64,000 nt of DNA from Hormiphora californensis (lineage: Eukaryota > Animalia > Ctenophora), in NCBI GenBank assembly GCA_020137815.1, contig CM035359.1, positions 1-64,000 on the forward strand. Reading direction: 5' to 3'. The translations under genes and the position numbers were made by a program. Positions 17,701-28,700 of this stretch are shown here, in pieces; the first letter of the stretch is position 1, and each line of letters opens with the position of its first letter. The notes under the pieces are model-generated. The model was given only the letters and a program-made list of their open reading frames with translations. It was not told the DNA's origin and did no database searches.

Positions 17701-20700
17701 ATAATTCCCGGCTGCTGTAATTAGCTATTTTATAACTTATCATAATATCAAAGCATAATATTTAACTAGGGCCAGAGTTCTTTTGAAGAGGGCTCTAGCT
17801 CCTTAGCCCTTCTAGCTCTTCCTCTAGTAGAGAAAGCTCCATAATAAATAAGAAATATGTGCATAACAGAAACCTCTACAAGAGGGACAACAACGCGACA
17901 TCCACGTGCAAGACTGTTATTTTTTGAGACGCCGCCCCCCCCCCCCCCCCCCGACGACAGTCAAACCTCGATTTACCGGGCTCCTCGGGGGAAGGATGCA
18001 CGGTGAATCGAGGGATGACTGAATCATGTGCCGAATGCTACATAGCCTCCAGTTGGTGACGTAGTCACCCCTCCACTACCAGCCGAGTGAAGCGTGGCAA
18101 TCAAAGTCCACACAGCCGAGTGAAGCGTGGCAATCAAAGTCCACGAAGAGGGTTTGCCAACGGGTAACAACTGCAAGAAATCTGTTAGCAGTGTGTGCAG
18201 CACATGTATGTTTCAAACAAAACAGTCTCTACATACTTATATAAGAGGTGCAACTCATTTCGCCCTGCTCGCCAATGTATAGATCGTTAAACTTTATTGC
18301 TATCTGAGATAGGGGCTCTGAATAATGGATAGCCGACTAATGATCAACATGACCTCCTTAGTGAAGTGTGCCAGACTTCTTTATGTAGATCATGCAAGTC
18401 TACTAGTAGCATCATGTGAGAGGGAGCACGTATTAAGGGTACACCTGGCGTTTTTCATCATCGAGTGCCCAACCAAATGACTTCACCAGGGTTTAGGCCA
18501 TACAAAATGGACCTCAAATATGCAATTTTAGCCCTAAAGTCGAATTCATATTTTTCCTACAGCCTATTTTCAAAGTGGCGTTTTTTCAATTTTTGTTGAA
18601 ATTTTTAACCTCAGGACCACTTTTTTTGAGATAGAAACATTAAATTCTTGGAATTTGAAGAGAATATAAAGGTGAATAAGCCCAAAGAAGGATTTTTGAA
18701 ATGGAGCTTATTTCTGGCCATGAGAACGGTTTACTTTTTTGCTTCTTTGACACGCTGGCTGAGAATGTTCCCATGCTTCATTAGAGATGAAAATCTGGAA
18801 ATAGTTGCTCAAAACGATTATCTATGTGGCCCAAAAATTTTGGAACTTTCCCGCCAAAGATGTGGTGTACAGAGCTTTTTTTGTGAAACCCGTCTTTTTG
18901 AAAAAGAGGGAAATTCCCTGTATCTCAAAAACGGATGATCGTAGAGACCTGGGACCAAACTTAATCGATTCAGAAGGTCCGATTTTGGGGGGGTCTTCTG
19001 AGAGACATTTTGCTCCTACTCCAACCGATTTTGCTGTAAATGCAAAAAACCAATTCTATGAAAAGGGGAAACAACTCTATTCCAGTAGCCTGCTTCGGGC
19101 TGATTTCCCCCTTACTTGCTGATACCTTTTTCGCAATTACAGCAAAAACGGTTGGAGTAGGAGCAAAATGTCTCTCAGAAGACCCCCCCAAAATCGGACC
19201 TTCTGAATCGATTAAGCTTGGTCGCAGGTCTCTACGATCATCCGTTTTTGAGATACAGGGAATTTCCCTCTTTTTCAAAAAGACAGGTTTCACAAAAAAA
19301 GCTCTGTACACCACATCTTTGGCGGGAAAGTTCCAAAATTTTTGGGCCACATAGATAATCGTTTTGAGCAACTATTTCCAGATTTTCATCTCTAATGAAG
19401 CATGGGAACATTCTCAGCCAGCGTGTCAAAGAAGCAAAAAAGTAAACCGTTCTCATGGCCAGAAATAAGCTCCATTTCAAAAATCCTTCTTTGGGCTTAT
19501 TCACCTTTATATTCTCTTGAAATTCCAAGAATTTAATGTTTCTATCTCAAAAAAAGTGGTCCTGAGGTTAAAAATTTCAACAAAAATTGAAAAAACGCCA
19601 CTTTGAAAATAGGCTGTAGGAAAAATATGAATTCGACTTTAGGGCTAAAATTGCATATTTGAGGTCCATTTTGTATGGCCTAAACCCTGGTGAAGTCATT
19701 TGGTTGGGCACTCGATGATGAAAAACGCCAGGTGTACCCTTAAGGGTACGCTAACCAAAAATTTTTTTCGAGTGCAGGGAAATCTCTCACCGTAGGGTTG
19801 TAGGCCATGCCAAGGAGACCTCAAATATGCAATTTGAGCTCTCAAGTCGAATTCATATTTTTGCTACAGCTGCTTGAAAAATGAACTGAAAATAAGTTTT
19901 TGGCATCTTAAAAAATTTTTTTAAAAGATAGAAGCATGAAAATTTGGGGATTTGAAGAGGACATGAAGGGGAATAACCACAAAAAATTTTTTTGCAATCC
20001 GAGCTGATTTCCGGTCCTGAGATGGATTTCTTTTTTTCCACTTTAACGCCCTATTTGGCAAAGTTCCGAAAATATGTGAAAGCTGTAAATTTGTGAAAAG
20101 TTGCGTCTAACGATTATCTAAGTGGCCATAAATTTTGGGCGTGTCCTTATTTGAAATAAGATGTACAGAGTTTTTTTTGTGAAAGCCGTCATTTCAGAAA
20201 TAGATAAATTCCCTGTATCTCAAAAACGGCTGATCGTAGAGACCTGAGACTATGCTTAAACGATTCAGAAGGTCCGATTTTGGGGGGGGTCTTCTGAGAG
20301 ACATTTTGCTCCTACTTCAACGGTTTTTGCTGTAATTGCGAAAAACAAATTCTATGGAAAGGGCAAAAGCTAAACTCCAATATCCTGTAATTAGGGAATT
20401 TTGGCTAAGAAAGGACCGAAACTATGGAAAAATGTGTAACAAGCTAATTCCTTCATTATTTGGTCCATATGGGTCCCTATAATCATCAAAAACAAAATCA
20501 CAAAAAATCCACGATGGCGAAGATGGGTTTTTGTTTTTCGCAATTACAGCAAAAACCGTTGAAGTAGGAGCAAAATGTCTCTCAGAAGACCCCCCCAAAA
20601 TCGGACCTTCTGAATCGTTTAAGCATAGTCTCAGGTCTCTACGATCAGCCGTTTTTGAGATACAGGGAATTTATCTATTTCTGAAATGACGGCTTTCACA

Positions 20701-23442
20701 AAAAAAACTCTGTACATCTTATTTCAAATAAGGACACGCCCAAAATTTATGGCCACTTAGATAATCGTTAGACGCAACTTTTCACAAATTTACAGCTTTC
20801 ACATATTTTCGGAACTTTGCCAAATAGGGCGTTAAAGTGGAAAAAAAGAAATCCATCTCAGGACCGGAAATCAGCTCGGATTGCAAAAAAATTTTTTGTG
20901 GTTATTCCCCTTCATGTCCTCTTCAAATCCCCAAATTTTCATGCTTCTATCTTTTAAAAAAATTTTTTAAGATGCCAAAAACTTATTTTCAGTTCATTTT
21001 TCAAGCAGCTGTAGCAAAAATATGAATTCGACTTGAGAGCTCAAATTGCATATTTGAGGTCTCCTTGGCATGGCCTACAACCCTACGGTGAGAGATTTCC
21101 CTGCACTCGAAAAAAAATTTTGGTTAGCGTACCCTTAAAAGAGGGAAAGAAAGGTCAAGGACATTTAACAATGAGAGCTAGGAGCGGTACTGTGTGCAGC
21201 GTGCCCTAATAAACTAGATAAATAATGAGCTGATGAAAGATGGATGTTGATTAATAGGAGGCCGTATAATATTTTTAGTTTTTATAGAGGACCAAGAAGA
21301 ATAGAGCAGGTATTGATATAATATTATGTCAAACAAGGTCTTCTCTGAATATCCACTGGATATTATCCAGTCGCCATGGCTACAACAAATCGATTGATTT
21401 CTCGTGTGAAAATACGAGACCTTGGTACGCAATATTTAAGTACTACAGTAGGTCATTAGCATAGTAGAGGGCCTTTTTTGCAGGCGACGCAATTTTCCAA
21501 ACAGCACGTTGGTGCCGAAACTATAAAAGTGCCATTTCTACTCTTTTCAAACGAATTCTATGTTCTCAAGGACTCTCTCCCTCTCTCCGTTTCAGCTGAA
21601 CTATCTGTTACTAATAACGCCCGATTCCTGGCCTATTTAAGCCCAGTGTTGACATACACAGTCATTTGTCGCAGTTAGGTTGAACAGATAGAAATGGAGA
21701 GAGGTTTAAATCTGGAACTTGCTCGACCCTGTTTTCCCACTCCCCAATAAGATGGGTTTGAACTTTGAACAAAACAAGAACTTGATACAAGGCATGGTAA
21801 TGAAAAAGAATCAAATGTGTAGCTTTTTCAGTAGTTAGTCGTGCCCCCATGAGGTCCAAAGAAGATATTTTATGCAATATACCGACTACCGTAATAAGAG
21901 GAGAACACTGCCAAATAGTCGCATAGAAACAACGGCGAATTAAAGTGTATCATAAATTTTGTCCAGATCTTAATTAAAAGATGCAAATGAGTGGCGTGGT
22001 GATGTCCTATCATCACGTGCAAATAGTGGGGGGTTGCCAAGGAGGTGCCATAGCCCAGCTACGCAGCGGGTGATTGAAGGCTGCACGTGCGGGTTGGTGC
22101 AGCGGGTGAGAGGGGCGCTCCTGGGTGAGGGAGAGCGTGGGGATTCGGGCCAACGGGCGCTTTACTCCATAAACTCTGTAAATGAACGTGCACTGTAAAT
22201 ATAGTTAGCCGTTACGCCAGAAAGGGTTCATTCCGTTTTCATACCGTTTATAAAAAACGATTTAGAGGGATTTCCGATTTTAAATGGGCTATGCATAGCT
22301 ATGGCTCTAATTAAAGTTAGGGATCAAGACATTATCTACCAATTACCATCTAAGGACTAAGACATATAATGATACCTAGATAGACATTTGAACTCTGAAG
22401 TATAAAGCTGTGTAAAGACTAAAGAGATCCCTTCGGCTATATTATAGGTAACCAGTTAATTTAGTGGGTAATTAGTTTATCAAGGAATACGGCCTGATAA
22501 AGGGATTCAGTAAATTAGAAGAAGACAGCTGGTTAGCAAGAATTAGAAGATACAATTTTCTTTGTCATCAACAATCACCGAGTTTCCTCCCAGTTTCCTG
22601 CAACTGCCAATCAATTCTTCAGTATCTCTAATGAACTCTACTGTGCTCTTCCTTCCTATATCTTTCTCATGTGTCTCTATATATCTTTATTTCTCTCTCT
22701 ATCGGCTATCGCTGTCTTTCTCATAAAATAGCAAGGAGGAAAGAAAAGTAACAGTGCATAGCATACAGTTGGTGCAAACAATTCCCGCGAGTTGCAACTT
22801 AGAATGAGTATTTTTAGTATCCAGAGAAAGAGAGAGCATTAAAGAATTCAGTATTATATATTATACAACAGCGCTTTATGCAGAATACAGGCTTCATAAT
22901 TATCACTAGAATTATATGAGCTGTCTGTCCTCGGGTACATACAGCGAGTGATATACGTAATATGTGATTATTATAATTATATGTATTACGCTAGAGACAT
23001 AATTGGTTACAGTTTATGCTGATGATCAAGATAATAATTTATCTGTCTTTTATTGCAAAAAATATTTCCGGGAGAAAAATACGAGTTTTAAAGTATGCTA
23101 CAGTCGGACCACGATTTAGGGCCCCCCGATTTAGTGGCACCCCGATTTAGGGACAGGATTTTTTTCCCCGATATAGGAAATTTACCTTATTTGACCCCGA
23201 TTTAGTGGACACCCCGATTTAGTGGACAAGAGCCTTTCCCCCGAGGGTGTCCCTAAATCGGGGTCCGACTGTATACTGTAACTCCAATAAAAGATACAGT
23301 GCTGATTTAATTGCTTAAAAAGTCAAATTCATAATTTTCTAACCCAACATTTTTCAGTGTCCCTGATGATGTAAAGAAAGAGCTTCTGTTACGGCTGAGA
23401 ACATTTGTTGACAATAACTCTGATCGATTCCTCAGCGACTGA
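14776..23442 (+). CDS. ENY2: Transcription and mRNA export factor ENY2/Sus1, 3 exons, 101 aa
   Basis: Exons 14776-14901, 16231-16325 and 23358-23442 with GT-AG ends and matching phases: ...[38 protein letters not shown]...VEELIEELTPKARAS|VPDDVKKELLLRLRTF. Confidence 0.93.
14936..16155. mobile_element. Non-autonomous TIR element with poly-G/poly-C ends in ENY2 intron 1
   Basis: G(n)TTCAACC...GGTTGAAC(C)n, flanked by AAAATT on both sides; subterminal (AGAAATTTTT)n arrays. Confidence 0.75.
16585..17409 (-). CDS. Rhodopsin-like (class A) orphan GPCR, intronless, nested antisense in ENY2 intron 2
   Basis: Seven hydrophobic segments, TM2 Asp (LGLID), ISATRL at the DRY position, NSVVNPVV in TM7. 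Probable start MSLEY at 17409, after CTAAT...CCCTAG. Confidence 0.85.
   Translation of the reverse strand: MSLEYTHEEKIAIAIFGVLGFIANIAAVGYRWKTNGLASRLYVVLGLIDIITCLLMVFEPAGFCRGDEHQSCMNYVLYANQASAVWTCVISATRLIVVSTPFYRINQRILWVVSLLVTAGTTIFSWLTFLKYVYALIVLSGINLVVILIITIWTCVSLRRGSFVSETERAKRKATVIILIIAILFLITNSFGFIVPLFYLFPGTFHLYVSCAKAWPFIISLNSVVNPVVILSGEGGGCCVQQQLTRISARRYNSSRQPFFATETSVPEIRSESV
18437..19739. mobile_element. Kolobok-like foldback element 1
   Basis: TTAA|GGGTACACC...GGTGTACCC|TTAA with about 610-bp near-perfect inverted arms. Purine termini plus TTAA fit Kolobok rather than piggyBac (CCY). Confidence 0.8.
19744..21134. mobile_element. Kolobok-like foldback element 2
   Basis: TTAA|GGGTACGCT...AGCGTACCC|TTAA with about 600-bp arms; related to element 1 and sharing its TTAA at 19740-19743. 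Confidence 0.8.
23101..23271. mobile_element. Tc1/mariner-pogo-type MITE
   Basis: TA|CAGTCGGACC...GGTCCGACTG|TA; same family as 989-1161. Confidence 0.85.
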
Positions 23443-23868
23443 TTCCACAAACAAGACGAAATACAAATTATATCCTTTAACCAATAACAGTGTCGATATT
23501 AAAGAGCGATAATTTGATATAATATTATGTTTTGAGGACAAACGGCAGATGAAAATGATGCGGGTCATAACTAGTGTTTTAGAAAGCCGAGAGAGATAGC
23601 CGGAGAGAGAGAGAAATAAACCGATTTTACTTCCTTTTTAGCCTAATAAATATGTCAGTTTTTATTGAGCAGAGATCATATCTCACCCAATCCACACGTG
23701 AATTATATAATTGTGTAAAATATGTTTTGACACTTTTTGTGTGAAGATTTTCTTGTTTTTTTCCAAACTGCCTCCTCCAAAGACCAAAACCCTCCCCCTC
23801 CTTGACCCATTATTATAACCTAACATTCTCTTCCATGACTGACAACTATCCATCTCCCTCTTTATAGA

Positions 23869-24864
23869 ATGCCACACGTATGGGTTGCCACCGATCTCGG
23901 CTCACTACGGGGTGTCGACTTCAAGACTGAACAAAACACAGTCGTCACATACGATGAACTATCGCCCCGGTACGACATAGCATCACTCCGTTATTCAGCC
24001 TCAGGGGGAGAGCTCTACTGTACACTCCGGCAAGATCTGGTCAATGTGTTTGATGTAAATGAGGGGATTTATGTGAATCAGTACGAGGTGGAGGGTAAAC
24101 TTGTCACAGCGTTTGATGTTGGTGAGGCCTTGTTGACGTGTACCAGAACTGGCCAGGTTCTGCTATGGAAGGATGATGAAATTGCTGATAAACTAAAAGT
24201 TGGGAGCGAGGATTTGGAGTGCTGTGAAAAGGTTTCCGATACTTTGATAGCAACCGCTGGAAAGGAACAGGAACTCAAACTCTGGGATTTAGAGACACAA
24301 AAATCAGTGTGGCAAGCAAAAAACGTTCCCCGTGACGAACTAGATTTACGGATTCCAGTTTGGGCCCGATCACTATGTGAGATAGGAGAGAGTGGTGGAA
24401 ATGTGTTTTGTGTCGGCACTCAGTATCATCAACTGAGATTATACGACAGGAGAACAAAACGGAGACCCGTCCAAGAGTTAAACTGGGGCGAACTACCCAT
24501 AACATGTATCACATCTCGGGGAGATAACGTGTTTTTTGGAAACGGCAAAGGTGACCTGACACGAGTTGATGTCCGTGCAATAACGCGAGATGTGGTGAAG
24601 TACAAGGGTGCATCGGGGGGATTGAGGGGTGTGGCTGTTCACCGAACTGAACCATTCCTTGCATCTGTTGGACTTGACCGACACTTGAGAGTCCATGATA
24701 TCAACACCAGAGAGATGGTCCACAAGTTTTATTTGAAGCACAAGTTGAACTGTGCAGTGTTTACTAGCGAGAGAGTGAGAGAGAAGGAGGAGGATGATGA
24801 GGAGGATGTGTGGGAGATTTTGGATGGTGTGAAACGAAGAAAGATCGAGGATAATGAGGGATGA
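23869..24864 (+). CDS. WDR74: WD repeat-containing protein 74 / Nsa1 (60S biogenesis)
   Basis: Intronless 331-aa WD40 ORF with family motifs AKNVPRDELDLRIPVW, LRLYDRR..RRPV, SVGLDRHLRVH, YLK..LN and an acidic tail with VWE. Confidence 0.92.
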   Translation: MPHVWVATDLGSLRGVDFKTEQNTVVTYDELSPRYDIASLRYSASGGELYCTLRQDLVNVFDVNEGIYVNQYEVEGKLVTAFDVGEALLTCTRTGQVLLWKDDEIADKLKVGSEDLECCEKVSDTLIATAGKEQELKLWDLETQKSVWQAKNVPRDELDLRIPVWARSLCEIGESGGNVFCVGTQYHQLRLYDRRTKRRPVQELNWGELPITCITSRGDNVFFGNGKGDLTRVDVRAITRDVVKYKGASGGLRGVAVHRTEPFLASVGLDRHLRVHDINTREMVHKFYLKHKLNCAVFTSERVREKEEDDEEDVWEILDGVKRRKIEDNEG

Positions 24865-25788
24865 GGGAGAGATATATCTGTTTTATCGTGTTTTAACTTT
24901 TAATTTATTATCTTCACCCCTGCACTAATATATCGTGTTGTTCAATGTTTGGGTAATACAGTCGGACCCCCGTTCGAATTTTGGTCCTATTTATAGTATT
25001 AAACTGGCAGCATCGTGAACTTAAAATCAGCATATTTTTCAGCATTCTCATCTATTTTTCAGTATTTTTCTTCTGACTTCGGACCCCGATTTACCGGCCA
25101 CCGAGATGCCGCGAGATAAGAATGAATTCCCCCTATACTTGTAGAAAATTAACGGTATTTAATCCCGATGTACCGGACAAAACCGTTTCCCTCGAGAACG
25201 CCGGTATATCGTTTTGGTTTAACAATTTCGACCGCTTTAATTAAAATATATAGCTATTAGCTAAATAGCTTCTAAAGCGATGTTTGATCGATTTAAATCG
25301 ATTTTTAGCGCTTTAAAACCCATAGCGAGTGAATAAACGCCCACTATGAAAACGGTACACACACACACACACACCAAGTACCCATACCACATGCAGCAAC
25401 CAATAAAATGTGCATTCACTCTCACTGTGACAGAAAGGGCCACAGAAAAATGAATTGATTATCTGAGATATCAAAAAAATATTCCCCCCTTACTCAACGG
25501 GAAAATAAGTGCTGTATAATTGAGAAAGATAACTGAGATATATATGTGTGGAGACATTATTCATTCTGGGATCTGATATACAACGATATATAATGGTACT
25601 TAACCACTAAATAGTATAATGTTACTGGCATACAGTGCAGCTTGGGAGGGTGATGGTCACATTTGCGCTTGTCAGGGCATTGACTGTACAAAGTTAAACG
25701 TCATGTTTTTGTATCACAAAACTTTTCTCAAATAAATAGCATCTTCCCGTGTCTTCACTCAGCAAATGTTTCTTATTATTATATATAG

Positions 25789-28700
25789 TCACACAGCGTC
25801 CGATTTAATCTCGGGCACAGAAATTTCAGCCACATTAATTTCTTGTCTTGTTGTAGAGCTGCTGAGTTGCCCACAGCACCGGACTTCTTCGCAGCCGTGT
25901 GATAAGATAACGACTGGGTTTACCTGGGGTGGAAATGGGTGTATGATGTTTGCTGTAGCGATTACGCAACACATCCCTCTCATACATCAAGTCCAAAAAG
26001 TCTACCTTCTCGCCGGTCCACCCTGATTTCGACTAAAGACTGAGGACGCTGCGGTTTTTCGGGTTGGCAACCCGTCTGACTTTAATAACTTGCTACGAAT
26101 CTCTCGGCATCCTCAAATTTGGCGTCGGCGAATGCTGGCAAGCACCTTACTCCGGACAGCGAGGTTAGGGTGACCAGAGGACGGGAGGAGGGTAAAGCTG
26201 ATTCAGGTGTTTCGGGGCCCTCCGACCTGATGGGAGTCTCGGATCTGGTGTCATTTAATCGCAGAGTCATTTCTGGCCAACACGTCCCTGGTGTGGCCGC
26301 CCCTGGTTCTTTTAGTTCCTTTAGTTCTTTTAAGCCGATTAATGCAGTCCGTAATTATTTTCATCTGGCAACTTGGAATGTCTTATCGTTACAGTCATCA
26401 TCTTCCAAACTTTTTGAATTATCTAACGCAGTTTCATCTTTCCGTCTCGACGTTTTGCTCCTCACAGAGACGCACTGGCCTGGCGTGGAGACGAGTACCC
26501 TAGACAACGGGTCTCTATTTATTAACTCTGGCAGGGCAGATGGTCTGAGACGGCAGGGCGTCGGGATTGTTTTATCTAAATCTGCTAAGAAGTCCTTAAT
26601 TTCCTACAGCCCTTTCTCTGAACGGATTTTAGGAGCCCGACTACACACCAAGCACGTGAACATCTCTATTGTTGTTGCGTATGCTCCCACCAATGACAAG
26701 GATGACGCGGTTAAGGAGGAGTTCTATAACCAGCTTTCATCGGTTCTGGATAGGCTTCCCCGACAGGACGTGGTTTTCCTTGGTGGTGACTTTAACGCCA
26801 GGGTTGGTGGTGGACATTCTCTTCATACGGTGTCCAATGATAACGGTCAGCGGCTGGAGGATTTGTGTGGTACCTATCAGCTCTCTGTTGGTGGAAGGAT
26901 GTTCCCTCATAAGGATCATCATAAAGGAACCTGGAAGTCCCCTGATGGTAAAACTGTTACACAGATCGACCACATCTGTATTGGTAACAAGTGGCGCAGT
27001 TCACTGCTTGATGTGAGGGTGATGCGGAGTGCGGACATTGGGTCCGATCACTACCTGGTTCGTGGGAAGGTCCGTATTAAGCTCAGTTCAGCTAAGAACT
27101 GTAAGAAATCAGTTAGGGAGGTTCCTGCTGTCGAGAATCTGAGAAAGGGGTGCGCTGAGACACGCACGAAATATAATGTCTCTCTCCAGAACAGGTTTGA
27201 CGCCTTAGAACCTGAGGAAAGTCTGGAGGGTCAGTGGGGGCAACTTAAGGAGGTAATCGGCGAGGTTTCACTTGAGGTTCTGGGAGCTCGGCCGAAGCGG
27301 ATCCGTCAGCAGCACTTGTCTCTCGAGACTCGAGACCTCATCGCACAGCGTGCTGAGCTGAAGAAGAATGATCCCGAGGGTGGATCTGAGTATTCTAAGC
27401 TGAACAAGCTGGTCAAGAAAGCAGCACGGTTGGACGATGAAAGGTGGGCGGATGGTTTGGCATCGGATTTGGAGGATGCTGCGGTGCATGGGCGGCAGAG
27501 GGAGCTTTGGCAGCACATGAAAGATCTTTCGGGTGTGAGGAAACGTGGTGGTGCTGCTGTTCGCGATAGGAATGGTGAACTCATCGCTGATCCTGTTCAA
27601 CAGCGGGACCGCTGGGCGGAGCACTTCTCTGAGCTGTTAAACCCCCCTGTAACTACATCACAGCTCTCGGATCTGGATGGTCTGGATGTGGACCCGTGTT
27701 TTGAGGACCTTGGTGAGGATGATCCTCCACCTTCTCGTGTAGAAGTATTGACAGCACTGAAAAGGCTCAAAAACCATAAGAGTCCCGGCGTCGATGGGAT
27801 CACGAACGAACAACTACGGTATGGTTCGTCCGGTCTCGTTGGCCCCCTTGTGGATCTGTTTCGGGGAGTCTGGAGGGAGGAGAAGGTCCCGGAGGAGTGG
27901 TTAAAGGGTGTCATCTCGGTGATTCCCAAGAAGGGTGACGCCAGTGTGTGCTCAAATAATAGGGGCATCACTCTGCGATCTACCACTTCCAAGCTGTTCC
28001 AGATAATTATGCTGAACAGGTTGTCTTCTGGTCTTGAATTGGCACTTCGAGAGAATCAGTGTGGATTCAGACGTAACCGGTCTTGTGTGGATCAGATTTA
28101 TTCCCTCCGTACCATCATCCACCAGTGTATCGATTATAATTTACCGTTGTATATAAACTTTATTGATTTCAAATCCGCTTTCGATTGTATAAACAGGGAT
28201 TTCGTCTGGGCCGCATTTCGCCATTACGGTCTTCCAGAGAAGTATGTCCGGATAATTCGAGCATTCTTTGACGGTACTATGAGTGCAGTGAGACATGGTG
28301 GGGAGCTCTCCAGCTGGTTCAGTGTTCTCAGTGGTACTGGTCAAGGCGACATCCAGGGTCCTCCAGTCTTTAACATCGTGATTAACTGGGCGGCTCAGCT
28401 TGCTGAGTCCAACAAGACTGTCTCCAGGGGTCTCACTCTTCACGGCGCTGAGAGTGATGAGGGTGGGGAATGGATCATGGACCTCGACTATGCTGATGAC
28501 ATGGCTGTTATGGATGATACTGAGGAAGGTCTCCAGGAGTCTACGGATTTGCTGGTAAAATACGCAGGGTATGCTGGCTTGAAGATTAACGCGAAGAAGA
28601 CCAAAGTTGTAGCTTTTTCAAAGGGTCTTAGCCAGCGCCCATTTTCCGAGGCGGATACGGTCAGCATTTCTGTGGAGGGTAATCCGGTTGAGCAGGTTTC

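Noticed and set aside
18648-21025. Paired near-identical ORFs on opposite strands
   Set aside because: Mirror translations of foldback arms; no transposase motifs.
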